Shown here: in pieces, positions 25,776-34,798 of the stretch
Numbering within the stretch: the stretch's first letter is position 1
How the letters are laid out: the number at the start of each line of letters is the position of its first letter
Virus record (IMG/VR): IMGVR_UViG_3300025288_000006
Location: 1 to 37,717 of that record
DNA length: 37,717 bases
Source: a virus
Lineage: Duplodnaviria; Caudoviricetes
Strand: one strand, 5' to 3'
Made by a program: the position numbers and the translations under genes
Notes under the pieces: model-generated
What the model was told of the DNA's origin: nothing
Database searches by the model: none
The model's input: the letters and a program-made list of their open reading frames with translations, nothing else

Positions 25776-28262
25776 ATGAGCCTTTTCGACTGCATCCAGG
25801 CCGCCGTAGACGGCAAGGAAATGGACCCGGCCCGTGGCCGCGAGGCGCAACAGCTCTTCACTGATCTGCGGGCGGAATATGCGCAGCGGGTGGGAGTGGA
25901 CGCCGCTAACGCTGCGGCGGCCGAAGACGTGAAACCGATCATGGCCGCGCGCGCCGGGGAAAAGCGCCGCCTGACCCTGTTGCGCTTGCAGGCGGCCCGG
26001 CGCAACGGGCAGCTCATGGCGTCCCACCGGACGCTGCGCGGCCAGGCCAACCCGGCCGATGCCCTGCGGATATTCATCACCGGCGATGAGGCGTCGGCGA
26101 TCCCCGGCATTGTGTCGGTGGCAAAGAGCCTCAAGGGCTTTTATCATGCCGAGCTGGACAAGGTGCTTTCCACCTTCTCGCGCAATATCGTGGGCTCGGT
26201 CAGGAACAAGGCCAAGCTCAAGGAAGTGACGCGGGCGCTCTTCGGCGCTGAAACCAAGGATGCCGCCGCAAAGGAAATGGCAGATGCCGTGCGCAAGGTG
26301 CTCGATCGGGCGCGGCGCGATCACAATGCGGCCGGTGGCAATATCGGCGAGCTGGAAAACTACGGCCTGCCGATGAACCACAACGGCCGCGCAATCGAGG
26401 CGGAAGGCTTCGACGCCTGGCGTGATTTCATCTGGGACAAGCTCGATTGGGGCCGGATCAAGGATCGCACCACGGAAAAGCCCTTTGCCGTGAAGGGCAA
26501 TTTGCCCTCCAAGGGCGGCCGGGCCGATGAGTTTCTGAATGAGGTTTTCCGCACGATCACCACCGATGGATGGTCAAAGCGCGATGCCTCTTTCACCGAG
26601 CGCGGCCTGTCGGTCGGCGGTCGGCGCGACACAAGCCGGGTCTTGCATTTCCGCGATGGCGACACTTGGCTCGAATACAACGGCCGCTTTGGGTCGGAAG
26701 ACCCGTTCACGTCGATTGTGAGCACGCTTGATGGTTATGCGCGCGACACGGCCTCAATGCGCGTGCTCGGCCCGAACCCAACGGCCGGGATCACTTACCT
26801 GGGCCAGCTCGCGATGAAGACGGCCGAAGAGGCCCCCTGGCGCGAAACCCGCACGGCCGCCGTGAATGAGGCGCGCAAGGCCGCCAACAAGGCCCGCGTC
26901 ATGCTCGATCTGCATTCGGGCGCGGCGCAGCAGCCGGTGGATGAGCATCTGGCCAACTTCCTTGCGGGCACCCGCGCGGTCCTGGTGTCGGCGCAGCTTG
27001 GTGCTGCGGCCGTGTCGGCCGTCACGGACGTAGGCTTTCAGGCGGCTGCGGCGCGCAAGGTCGGCATGGCGGGATTGGGCGTCATGCGCCAGCTCTTTCG
27101 CGAGCTGACGCGCAGCCCTGTGCAGGCGGTGCGCATGGGCCTGATCGCTGATCAGATGGCCAATGTGGGGGCGGCGCAGGCGCGTTACATGGGCGAAGTG
27201 TTCACGCCCGAGCGCGCGGCGCGCCTGTCCGATTTTGTCATGCGCGCCTCTGGCCTGTCAAAGTGGACCGAGGCGGGCCGCCATGCGTTCCAGCTCGAAT
27301 TTATGGGCTTTCTCGCGGACAATGCCACCCTGCCCTATGACCGGATCAACCCGGCGCTCAAAACCGTGCTGGACCGCAAGGGCTTCTCGGCCGCCGAGTG
27401 GGAAGTGATCCGCGCAACCGAGCTGCATGCCGAGGATGGGGCCACCTTCCTGGTGCCCCACCAGGTGCGCGGCCGCACCGATATTCCCGAGGCGCAGGCC
27501 GACGATCTGGCCGTGCGGCTCATGTCGGTGCTGCACGAGCAAACCGAGTTTGCGATCCCCTCGGCCTCGCTGGAAGGCCAGGCGATCTTTCTGGACCAGA
27601 CCAGGCCGGGCACGCTCATTGGCGAGCTGGCGCGCTCGGGCTTCATGTATAAGACTTTCGGCATGTCGGTGCTCTATAACCAGATCAGGCGCACGATGAC
27701 CTATGATGGGGTTTGGAGCCGGGTCGGTTATGCCTCATCCATGATGGCGATGGTTACGCTGATGGGCGCTGTGAGCGTCCAGATGAAAGAGCTCGTCAAG
27801 GGCCGCGATCCGCGCCCGATGGACAGCCCCGAGTTTCTGGGTGCGGCGATCTTGCAGGGTGGCGGGTTCGGTATCTTCGGCGACTTCCTGTCATCGGAAA
27901 GCAACCGCTTTGGTGGCGGCATTGAGGGCACACTCGCGGGGCCGATGTTCGGCGCGGCGGGTGATCTGATCAGCCTGGGCGTGACTGGCGCAAAGGCGGC
28001 TGTGGGCGGCGAGGCCAAGTTCGGGCGCGAGCTGACCGGGTTCTTGCGCTACAACACGCCCGTAACTGGCGTCTGGTATTGGTCGTCTGCCTTCCAGCGC
28101 GGGCTCTTCGACAACTTGCAGAGGATGCTTGACCCCGAGGCCGAGCGCGCCTGGCGCGACAGCGAAAAGCGCCGGATCAGGGACAACCGAAACCCCGCTT
28201 GGTGGGGGCCCGGCGATGCTTTACCCAAGCGCGCCCCGGATTTGAGCAACGTGGCAGGTTGA
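25776..28262 (+). CDS. Large internal virion/ejection protein (gp16-like)
   Basis: 828 aa; R.LHF.D...W..Y...FG, GE..RS...YK.F and QGGG.GIFGDFL motifs; hydrophobic C-terminal helices. Confidence 0.78.
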   Translation: MSLFDCIQAAVDGKEMDPARGREAQQLFTDLRAEYAQRVGVDAANAAAAEDVKPIMAARAGEKRRLTLLRLQAARRNGQLMASHRTLRGQANPADALRIFITGDEASAIPGIVSVAKSLKGFYHAELDKVLSTFSRNIVGSVRNKAKLKEVTRALFGAETKDAAAKEMADAVRKVLDRARRDHNAAGGNIGELENYGLPMNHNGRAIEAEGFDAWRDFIWDKLDWGRIKDRTTEKPFAVKGNLPSKGGRADEFLNEVFRTITTDGWSKRDASFTERGLSVGGRRDTSRVLHFRDGDTWLEYNGRFGSEDPFTSIVSTLDGYARDTASMRVLGPNPTAGITYLGQLAMKTAEEAPWRETRTAAVNEARKAANKARVMLDLHSGAAQQPVDEHLANFLAGTRAVLVSAQLGAAAVSAVTDVGFQAAAARKVGMAGLGVMRQLFRELTRSPVQAVRMGLIADQMANVGAAQARYMGEVFTPERAARLSDFVMRASGLSKWTEAGRHAFQLEFMGFLADNATLPYDRINPALKTVLDRKGFSAAEWEVIRATELHAEDGATFLVPHQVRGRTDIPEAQADDLAVRLMSVLHEQTEFAIPSASLEGQAIFLDQTRPGTLIGELARSGFMYKTFGMSVLYNQIRRTMTYDGVWSRVGYASSMMAMVTLMGAVSVQMKELVKGRDPRPMDSPEFLGAAILQGGGFGIFGDFLSSESNRFGGGIEGTLAGPMFGAAGDLISLGVTGAKAAVGGEAKFGRELTGFLRYNTPVTGVWYWSSAFQRGLFDNLQRMLDPEAERAWRDSEKRRIRDNRNPAWWGPGDALPKRAPDLSNVAG

Positions 28263-28266
28263 CGGC

Positions 28267-28313
28267 TTGCGTTTTACCACACAATAGGTAGTATCTCACT
28301 CCAAAATGGAGTG
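28267..28313 (+). promoter_or_regulatory. Putative promoter and operator for the tail-fibre/lysis genes
   Basis: TTGCGT-16-TAGTAT, then the palindrome CACTCCAAAATGGAGTG (28297-28313) overlapping the RBS. Confidence 0.65.
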
Positions 28314-28319
28314 GATTTA

Positions 28320-29597
28320 ATGACCGTTTCCTCTGCCTATAGCCCGCAGGAAGACGATGGCGACGGGGTTTCGGTCATCTTTCCCGTGTCGTTTCGGTTC
28401 GACAAGCCCGCCGATGTGCGGGTGACAATCTACGCGGTGGACGGCACGCCGCGCACACCGGCCTTTATTGTCAGCGGCACGGGCGATCCTGGTGGGTCGA
28501 TCGAGATCACCAACGGCGCGCCACTCGTGGGCGAAAAGGTTGTGCGCGAGCGCGTGACCGAGCTGGTGCAGCAGGTGAATTATGAGGCTGGTGATTTCCC
28601 GAGCTCGGCGCATGAAAGGTCGGCCGACCGGCTGACCATGGCCGCGCAGGAGCGGGCCGCCCTAGCTGGGCGCACGTTGCGCTTTGGCCCGCTGTCGCCC
28701 GAGATTGATGCGATCGAGCCGGTGGCGCTTGGTCGAACGATCGTGCGCACGGCTGGTGGGTTTGGCGAGGGGCCGACCGCCGATGAGATCGCAGCGGCGC
28801 AGGGGTTCGCGGTGCAGGTTGGTCTGGACGCAGTGGCCACGGCCGCCGACCGCGTGCAGACCGGACTGGATCGGGTGGCGACGGCCGCCGACCGGGTGCA
28901 GACCGGGCTGGATGCGGCCGCCACCGCCGCCGATCGCGTGCAGACCGGGCTCGATAAGACTGCCACTGCCGCCGATCGTGTGCAGACCGGGCTCGATGCG
29001 GTCGCCACCGCCGCCGATCGCGTGCAGACCGGCCTCGATAAGACTGCCACCGCCGCCGACCGGGTGCAGACCGGCCTCGATGCCGCCGCCACCGCCGCCG
29101 ATCGCGTGCAGACCGGGCTCGATGCCGCCGCCACTGCTGCCGATCGCGTGCAGACCGGCCTCGATGCCGCCTCTGTCGCGAAGTCGTCTAACCCGGATTT
29201 CACGGTGGACCCGGCCAGTCTTGCCCCGCGCGCGGCGATCAACACCCGCTTCGGCGTGGCAAATGCGCCAGGGACAAAGGAGGCGCTGAATGCCGCAGGT
29301 TCCGCCCCGATATGTGCCGGGCGGGCGTGGGGAAATTTTAGTGGTGATACAATCGTCGCCCGTCAATCTTTAAACTTGAGCATCGCCAGGACGGCCACTG
29401 GCGAATTTACCTTTACCATGCCCACTGCAATGCCGAATGCCACCTATTCGGTGCAGGTCAGTTGCAATGCGGCAGTCGGCATTGTGGCTATGGCGGTGGG
29501 TGTAGCCACAGCGTCAAGTTTTACCGTGTCTTTCCGGCGTGTTGACACGGGCGTTGCGGTGAACCCAACCCAAATATTTGTGGAGGTCACAGGATGA
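28320..29597 (+). CDS. Tail fibre protein
   Basis: N-terminal T7-gp17-like anchor (GDG....FPVSF.F...DV.V; DRLTM..QE), a repeat stalk, and a beta-rich C-terminal head (RAW.NF.G). Confidence 0.85.
   Translation: MTVSSAYSPQEDDGDGVSVIFPVSFRFDKPADVRVTIYAVDGTPRTPAFIVSGTGDPGGSIEITNGAPLVGEKVVRERVTELVQQVNYEAGDFPSSAHERSADRLTMAAQERAALAGRTLRFGPLSPEIDAIEPVALGRTIVRTAGGFGEGPTADEIAAAQGFAVQVGLDAVATAADRVQTGLDRVATAADRVQTGLDAAATAADRVQTGLDKTATAADRVQTGLDAVATAADRVQTGLDKTATAADRVQTGLDAAATAADRVQTGLDAAATAADRVQTGLDAASVAKSSNPDFTVDPASLAPRAAINTRFGVANAPGTKEALNAAGSAPICAGRAWGNFSGDTIVARQSLNLSIARTATGEFTFTMPTAMPNATYSVQVSCNAAVGIVAMAVGVATASSFTVSFRRVDTGVAVNPTQIFVEVTG
28821..29170 (+). repeat. Eight tandem 42-bp coding repeats (GLDxxATAADRVQT)
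   Basis: 14-aa unit repeated 8 times plus a partial copy, with synonymous variation. Confidence 0.95.
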
Positions 29598-30061
29598 TCG
29601 TTTTTCGCTTGCCCGAAAACCGCGTGGCCGTTTCACCGCCTCTTGATGATCCAGAGGGTTTGGCTGCGGCAATCGGGGCGACTGTCTGGCGCGAGGTTGA
29701 CGCTGTGCCGGAGGCCCCGCAGGAGCGGTGGGAGTGGACGGACGCAGGTGCGCTTGGTGTGATGCCGCCGCCACCGCCGCCGGTGCCTGATCTGTCCTTT
29801 GCGCAGCTTGTCATTGGTTTGGTCGAGGAAGCATGGATCACAGAGGCGGAAGGTGATGGCTGGCTCGATGGGAAACTGCCCGTCCCTGTCAGTGCGCTGA
29901 TCGTGTCTCTGCCGCAAGAATTGCGGTTCCGGGCAAAGGCGCGTGCCCAGCGTCCCTCGATTGTCAAGCGGCCTGATCCACTGGTTACGGCAATGGCCGC
30001 TGTGCGGAACATAGGCCCGGCCGAGCTCGATGCTTTTTTCATCAAGTATGCGGCGGTGTGA
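29594..30061 (+). CDS. Tail fibre-associated/assembly protein
   Basis: Follows the fibre; PPPPVP.LSFAQL..GL, R..PLV and LD.FF motifs. Confidence 0.65.
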   Translation: MIVFRLPENRVAVSPPLDDPEGLAAAIGATVWREVDAVPEAPQERWEWTDAGALGVMPPPPPPVPDLSFAQLVIGLVEEAWITEAEGDGWLDGKLPVPVSALIVSLPQELRFRAKARAQRPSIVKRPDPLVTAMAAVRNIGPAELDAFFIKYAAV

Positions 30062-30065
30062 GCTG

Positions 30066-30338
30066 ATGACCGAGCCGAACAAAAACAACCCAGAAGGCGA
30101 CGGAAAGCTGCACATGCCGGAATACAAAAACACGATCAGCAGCGGCCAGCTCTTGCAGATCGGCATGCTCCTGGTCGCCCTCGCCGCAGGCTGGACGGTG
30201 ATCGACACCCGGTCGCAAGCCTCGGTTGCGCAGATCATCGACCACGAGGCGCGGCTCCGATCGATTGAGCGCGACGTGCTTGGCGGCCTGGCGCGGATCG
30301 AGCAGCGGATCATCCAGCTTGAAAGGACCATCAAATGA
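30066..30338 (+). CDS. Single-TM plus coiled-coil protein (holin- or antiholin-like)
   Basis: One TM segment (LLQIGMLLVALAAGW) and a coiled coil, directly before the endolysin. Confidence 0.6.
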   Translation: MTEPNKNNPEGDGKLHMPEYKNTISSGQLLQIGMLLVALAAGWTVIDTRSQASVAQIIDHEARLRSIERDVLGGLARIEQRIIQLERTIK

Positions 30339-31120
30339 CCGGGCCGGAAGTCACCACAAAAGGCGTGCTTGAGATCGCCGAGCATGAGGGGGTCGTGCTT
30401 GGCCCCTACTATGACAGCAAGAAAATTCCGACCTATGGCGTGGGTCACACGCGCGCGGCGGGCGGTCCCGATCCGAACAAGATGGGATGGGTGGACACAC
30501 GCGGCTGGCCCGAGGCCAAGGTGAAAGCCGAGCTCGTGAAGGCGCTCGCGCTCTTCGATGATGATCTCGACAAATACGAGGACCGGGTGCGCCGCGCGAT
30601 CAAGGTCAAGCTCAAGCCGCATCAGTTCGATGCGCTTGTGTCTTTCGATTTCAACACCGGCGGCATTGTCGTGGCAAAGCTCACCGAGGCAATCAACCGG
30701 GGCGACATGGGCGGCGACGGCTTCATGGGGTGGATCAAGCCAAAGGAGTTGATGAAGCGCCGCCAGGCCGAGCAAGCCCTGTTCCGCACCGGCGATTATG
30801 AGGCCAATGGCGACTTGATCCCGGTCTATGATGCGCTGCCTGATGGGCGCACCCGGTTCCGCCGCCACATGCGCGGGGCCGAGCTCCTTGCGTTGATGCC
30901 AAAACGCGGCGCTGTGGCGGCCATTGAGGCTGTTGCGGCACGTCACCCCCCGGCCAACCCCGTTGCACCCCCGTCTGCCCCCGCTCCGGGGCGCGCTGAT
31001 GTATTCCCGCCCCTCGCGGACTATGCCCCCGCCCCGCCCGCGCCTGCCGGTGGGGCTTTGGCCGCATTCTTTGTCGGTCTTGCTGCGGTGCTCAAGGCTC
31101 GGTTTGGAGGTGGAAAATGA
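30335..31120 (+). CDS. Endolysin, GH24 phage lysozyme
   Basis: Catalytic E-8x-D-5x-T pattern (HEGVVLGPYYDSKKIPTYGVGHT), QFDALVSF.FNTG and RR.AE..LF; Pro-rich linker and hydrophobic C-terminus. Confidence 0.92.
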   Translation: MTGPEVTTKGVLEIAEHEGVVLGPYYDSKKIPTYGVGHTRAAGGPDPNKMGWVDTRGWPEAKVKAELVKALALFDDDLDKYEDRVRRAIKVKLKPHQFDALVSFDFNTGGIVVAKLTEAINRGDMGGDGFMGWIKPKELMKRRQAEQALFRTGDYEANGDLIPVYDALPDGRTRFRRHMRGAELLALMPKRGAVAAIEAVAARHPPANPVAPPSAPAPGRADVFPPLADYAPAPPAPAGGALAAFFVGLAAVLKARFGGGK

Positions 31121-31383
31121 ACCGCCCGCCGATCTTCTTCCTGATCACCCGCAGTTTTTGGATCTTCCTCGGCACCGTGGCGCTCATGCTTGAACAGGGC
31201 GAGCCGGTGCTGCGAGCGATCGCGCAGCTCGTGGTGACGCTGCGGGGCGCTGGTGATGTGGCGGCCCTGACCGAGTGGCTGCAAGCCGTGGCCCCGATCA
31301 TAACCCTGGCGCTCATGCTGCAACAGCGCGCCGGTGCCGCCCGCCCCTACACCGTCAAGCCTTCCGCTGAAACTCTCAAATAG
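31117..31383 (+). CDS. Probable holin
   Basis: 88 aa, TRSFW motif and two hydrophobic segments; follows the lysin. Confidence 0.65.
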   Translation: MNRPPIFFLITRSFWIFLGTVALMLEQGEPVLRAIAQLVVTLRGAGDVAALTEWLQAVAPIITLALMLQQRAGAARPYTVKPSAETLK

Positions 31384-31391
31384 GTGCCCGG

Positions 31392-31487
31392 ATGATGCGT
31401 CTTGAAATTACGTTCCATTGGCTGTGGCTCGCTGTGATTGGCGGGCTGCTCGTCTGGCTCCGTGCAATCTGGTGGTTTCTCAGTTGA
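31392..31487 (+). CDS. 31-aa Trp-rich single-TM peptide (not in the ORF track)
   Basis: MMRLEITFHWLWLAVIGGLLVWLRAIWWFLS*; AGGT RBS; its TGA overlaps the TTG start of the i-spanin. Confidence 0.55.
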   Translation: MMRLEITFHWLWLAVIGGLLVWLRAIWWFLS

Positions 31488-31807
31488 GCCCACTCGGGAA
31501 GCTCGGGGCTGCGCTGGCCCTGGTCGCGGCCTTCTGGGGCCACGGCTTTTACACCGGCGATAAATCGGGCCGCGCTGATGAGATCGCAAGGACGATTGCG
31601 CAGATCGTGCGCCTGGAAAAGAACCTTGCCGATGTGACCGATGCCAACCGGGCGGCGGCCGCGATTATCGAGGCCAGCCGCATTGCGCAGGCCACTCTCG
31701 CACAGGAGCTCGAAAATGAAGCGCGCCTTGACCCTGACGCTGTGCGCCGCGTGCCTTCCCCTGACAGCCTGCGTCGGCTGGAAAGGCGGTGGATCGGTGC
31801 GCGTTGA
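31484..31807 (+). CDS. Inner-membrane spanin (Rz-like)
   Basis: N-terminal TM followed by a periplasmic coiled coil. Confidence 0.7.
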   Translation: MSPLGKLGAALALVAAFWGHGFYTGDKSGRADEIARTIAQIVRLEKNLADVTDANRAAAAIIEASRIAQATLAQELENEARLDPDAVRRVPSPDSLRRLERRWIGAR

Positions 31808-31982
31808 GCCGCCCCAGGCTGTGTTCACTGCACCTTGCCCGCACCCGTCGCAGTTCCTCGGCGTGCAGGATTACGAGCTGATGGCGGGCCGCCTCGGTGA
31901 TGCGCTGATCGACTGTGAAGCCAGACGTGCCGGGCTCGGTGCCTGGGCCGCCGGGGTGGCTGCGGCGGTGGGTGGCAAATGA
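31716..31982 (+). CDS. Outer-membrane lipoprotein spanin (Rz1-like)
   Basis: MKRALTLTLCAACLPLTAC lipobox, Pro-rich with Cys residues; overlaps Rz in another frame. Confidence 0.78.
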   Translation: MKRALTLTLCAACLPLTACVGWKGGGSVRVEPPQAVFTAPCPHPSQFLGVQDYELMAGRLGDALIDCEARRAGLGAWAAGVAAAVGGK

Positions 31983-32166
31983 AAAGAGGGCCAGCTTCAT
32001 GCAGTTGAGCATAGAGTTTCTTTGCCGCGTCCTGCCGGGGCTATCGGCTTCCCCGGCCGGGGTGCTCTTGGCTCTGCACAAGGCCGAGGCCGTGGTGGGG
32101 CGGCTGCGGATGACCCGCCCGCAGGCGATCGACCTGGCGCGCCTGCTGATCAGCGCGGCAAAGTAG
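31972..32166 (+). CDS. Possible hypothetical protein (about 55-64 aa)
   Basis: ORF coupled to the Rz1 end; start uncertain (31972 or 31999). Confidence 0.4.
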   Translation: MANEKRASFMQLSIEFLCRVLPGLSASPAGVLLALHKAEAVVGRLRMTRPQAIDLARLLISAAK

Positions 32167-32376
32167 GGTTAAAGAATATATATCTTAAGTTAAACAGTTA
32201 AGCGGTTTTGGTCTGCCGCGAAAACTGCATGCAGTCAAGGGCTTGTCGGGTGAAGCTGGTAAGGCCCGATGTGTGATACCACGAATGATAATGTGTGATA
32301 CCACAACCCCGCCGATGTGTGATACCACAAGTCTGCGCGGGTGATACCCCGAGCCGTTGCAGAGTTATCCACAGGG
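32167..32376. promoter_or_regulatory. Plasmid replication origin: AT-rich region, iterons and DnaA box
   Basis: AT-rich 32167-32202; ATGTGTGATACCAC at 32269, 32291 and 32315 plus partial GTGATACC at 32341 (22-24 bp period); TTATCCACA at 32365-32373. Confidence 0.88.
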
Positions 32377-33213
32377 TTAAAAGTCAAACCGCCGGTCGCG
32401 CCATTCGAGCTTGGCCGGATCACGGTTGATCGAAAGCGTCGGACCATTCACGCCCTTCGTCTCGGTCAGGCTGTATTCAGGCAGTGCGTTGCGCTTGATT
32501 GCGTTGCGCAAATCGCGGGCGAAAGGCCCGTAGTCTTGCGCTGAACCGCTGCGGGTGTGCAGGTCGCGGAAGGTGAACGCCCACCCTGCTTGCTTGCCTA
32601 CATGACGTCTTGCTAGCCGGTAAAGAAAGCGGTCTAGGCCGCTGGTCAGGTCGAAGTATTGCGGCGAGATTGCCAGCACGTCACGATCAAGGGTGACGGC
32701 TTCGTAAAGCCACGGGGGCAGCTCAAGCCAAGCCTCTTTGATCTTGCCATTCTCTTCTATGACGCCTGATGCGCCAAGAAGGTTAAAGGCCCCGAGTGTT
32801 CGGCGCTTACCGTTTAGCGATGGGCTTTCATAAACAACCGTGGTGGAGGTCAGGCGCAGAAGAGCGGCCTTCAACTCGGCATAGCCTTGTCCGCTGATGT
32901 TGCGGCCCACTGCGCTCAAGAGATTGTAGGGGTGGAAGGTCACGCGGGGCGACACCGGCAAGCCCTGGTTCACCGCCTCGTTGATCTGGCTGATCGCCCA
33001 AAGGATCACGTCATAATCCCATATCGTCGCGATGCCGTATTTCTCGGCCGCTGTGACCGTGACGCGCTGGCCGCCTGGTCCGTCCCATTCGATCAGATTG
33101 CGCTTGTTCTTCGACAGGCTCACAAGGGGCGCGGTCATACTCTCGCGCTCATCGCGAAACGGCACGTCGCCGATCAGCGCCACGAATAGATCAAGCTGGC
33201 GGTTCTTGCTCAT
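32377..33213 (-). CDS. repA: Plasmid replication initiator protein A (RPA family)
   Basis: QLDLF, RD....M..P..SLSK, ATIWDYDVI...ISQ, Y..L..AL.RL..T and YF.LT.GL.RFLYRLARRH.G motifs. Confidence 0.9.
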   Translation of the reverse strand: MSKNRQLDLFVALIGDVPFRDERESMTAPLVSLSKNKRNLIEWDGPGGQRVTVTAAEKYGIATIWDYDVILWAISQINEAVNQGLPVSPRVTFHPYNLLSAVGRNISGQGYAELKAALLRLTSTTVVYESPSLNGKRRTLGAFNLLGASGVIEENGKIKEAWLELPPWLYEAVTLDRDVLAISPQYFDLTSGLDRFLYRLARRHVGKQAGWAFTFRDLHTRSGSAQDYGPFARDLRNAIKRNALPEYSLTETKGVNGPTLSINRDPAKLEWRDRRFDF

Positions 33214-33235
33214 GGCTGGCAGTCCTTTGAGGGTA

Positions 33236-33280
33236 AGGCAATGCGGCAAGCTAGCAGGATAGCAAGCCGCATTGCTATCA
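33236..33280. promoter_or_regulatory. parS/operator-like repeat upstream of repA
   Basis: Inverted repeat GCAATGCGGC...GCCGCATTGC; shares GCCGCATTGCTATCA and CAATGCGGCAAG with 35107-35156. Confidence 0.7.
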
Positions 33281-33505
33281 GACTTCGCCCGCGTCGTCGC
33301 GCAAGAGATCAATCGCGCGCTCGATGAGCGTCTGTTGTGGCGTGCGGGTCTTGGCCGATAGCATCCGCAGGTATTCCGCGCGGTCGGCGCTCACGCGCAC
33401 ATTCACCATGACGCGCTCGCCCGAGCTCGGCGTCTCGGTCATCGGCACGGCGGCAGGCTTGCGGGGCGGCGGCGCGATCGCGCCAAGGTCGGGGCGTTTG
33501 GTCAT
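33278..33505 (-). CDS. Ribbon-helix-helix partition adaptor (ParG-like)
   Basis: Flexible N-terminal tail, strand VMVNVRV and two helices (EYLRMLSAKT, QQTLIERAIDLL). Confidence 0.78.
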   Translation of the reverse strand: MTKRPDLGAIAPPPRKPAAVPMTETPSSGERVMVNVRVSADRAEYLRMLSAKTRTPQQTLIERAIDLLRDDAGEV

Positions 33506-33747
33506 GTGGAAAATTCCTCTGCTTTGGGTGTAGGTCCGATGCCAACCTTGATCGGCGGATGCTGATTGCCGAGGATGGTCACATAGATGGGTGCGCCTGC
33601 GGCCAGCGCCGCCAGCTCGTCCGGTGTGGGTTGCCATGACGTGACCATTGCAGGCACGCCTTGCTCTTCAATGTCCCGTACCGGCAGGCCGAGGTAGCCC
33701 TGGCTCTTGCCGAGGCGACGTGTCGCGCCCTCAATTGCGTTGATCAT
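33502..33747 (-). CDS. Conserved phage hypothetical protein (81 aa)
   Basis: LPVRD...SWQPTPDELAAL.AG..I...ILG..HPP motif; translationally coupled. Confidence 0.75.
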   Translation of the reverse strand: MINAIEGATRRLGKSQGYLGLPVRDIEEQGVPAMVTSWQPTPDELAALAAGAPIYVTILGNQHPPIKVGIGPTPKAEEFST

Positions 33748-34139
33748 CATTGCGGCTCACCCCAATAGATCACGGTGCCCTCGAACGGCAGGCCGTGGGT
33801 GTCATCAAACCAGTTCGCCATGTCGGTGAAGCTCGGGAAGCCGTCCGCCTCGGCAAACTCGTTGTCAGTCATGGGGCCGTCGCGGCCCCACAATGTTGCC
33901 GGGACCATCTGCCCATTGAGATACATGCACGTCGCTTCGATGCGCACGCGGGCTGTGCGCGTCACTTTGGCCTCTGCCAGCAGGCGGCAAGCCTTGGTCC
34001 TCATGCCGGTGTAGAGCTTGAGCCTGTCGCCTGGCTTGCAGTGCGGGCGGCCGTCCTTGCGATCGGCGCGGATTGTCTGGCGCTTGTGGCCCCATTCTAC
34101 CGCCTCGGCGAATTGCTTCTTGAAATTGAATGCGGGCAT
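33747..34139 (-). CDS. ASCH/PUA-like domain protein
   Basis: NF...F...V..G.KRQTIR, GD.L.LYTGMRT and FA.ADGF motifs. Confidence 0.8.
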   Translation of the reverse strand: MPAFNFKKQFAEAVEWGHKRQTIRADRKDGRPHCKPGDRLKLYTGMRTKACRLLAEAKVTRTARVRIEATCMYLNGQMVPATLWGRDGPMTDNEFAEADGFPSFTDMANWFDDTHGLPFEGTVIYWGEPQ

Positions 34140-34798
34140 TATCCGTCGATCCCCTCTCTCATCATGGCCGCCGCGATCTCGGCCGCGACAGCGCGCGCCT
34201 CGTCGTTGATCTTGGCAAAGGGCGTTTCCGATGCGGCCCGGCCGAGGGTGTGCGCCTGGCGGATGGCGGGCAGCTCGCGCAGCTCGTGCTCGAATGCCTT
34301 GAGCCCGGCGCGCTTGATGTAGCCCCGCACCCCCAGCCCCTCTTTCGTGCTTCCTCGCGTGCGCCCCAAGGCAAGCCTGATGCGCTCGGGCGGCACGCCT
34401 GCATCGGCCAGCTCATAGGCCACGCGCGCCTGCGGTTCCAGATCGTCAAGGCTGTAGCCGGTGGGCAGGATGACCAGCGCAGAGTTGAGCGCCATGGCCA
34501 CGCCGCCGCGCTCGGCATGGGCCGGGCCGTCCAGGATGGTCAGGTCATAGCGCGCCGCCTCTTGCAGCGCGCGCTCCACCGATCTGAACCGCATCACCGA
34601 AACGTCAGGCTCGATCTCGGCGGCCGTGCGCCGGTGGTGCCATTGTGTCGATGTGCCTTGAGCTGCGTCCAGGTCAGCGATCAGCACGCGCCACCCGGCG
34701 CGCGCCATTTCCACCGCCATGAGGCGGGCGAGGGTGGACTTGCCGACCCCGCCTTTCTGGCTGATGAGGGAAAGGATGGTTGGCGGTTCAGCAGTCAT
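34139..34798 (-). CDS. parA: ParA-family partition ATPase (short type Ib)
   Basis: QKGGVGKST, ADLDAAQGT and ILDGP motifs; 219 aa with no N-terminal HTH. Confidence 0.92.
   Translation of the reverse strand: MTAEPPTILSLISQKGGVGKSTLARLMAVEMARAGWRVLIADLDAAQGTSTQWHHRRTAAEIEPDVSVMRFRSVERALQEAARYDLTILDGPAHAERGGVAMALNSALVILPTGYSLDDLEPQARVAYELADAGVPPERIRLALGRTRGSTKEGLGVRGYIKRAGLKAFEHELRELPAIRQAHTLGRAASETPFAKINDEARAVAAEIAAAMMREGIDG

Noticed and set aside
28821-29170. 42-bp tandem repeats as CRISPR or DGR repeats
   Set aside because: They are in-frame coding repeats with synonymous variation. No reverse transcriptase or TR/VR pair is seen despite the BPP-1-like head genes.
32167-32205. CtrA box (TTAA-N7-TTAA) in the plasmid origin
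   Set aside because: Several TTAA half-sites are present but none has the 7-nt spacing.
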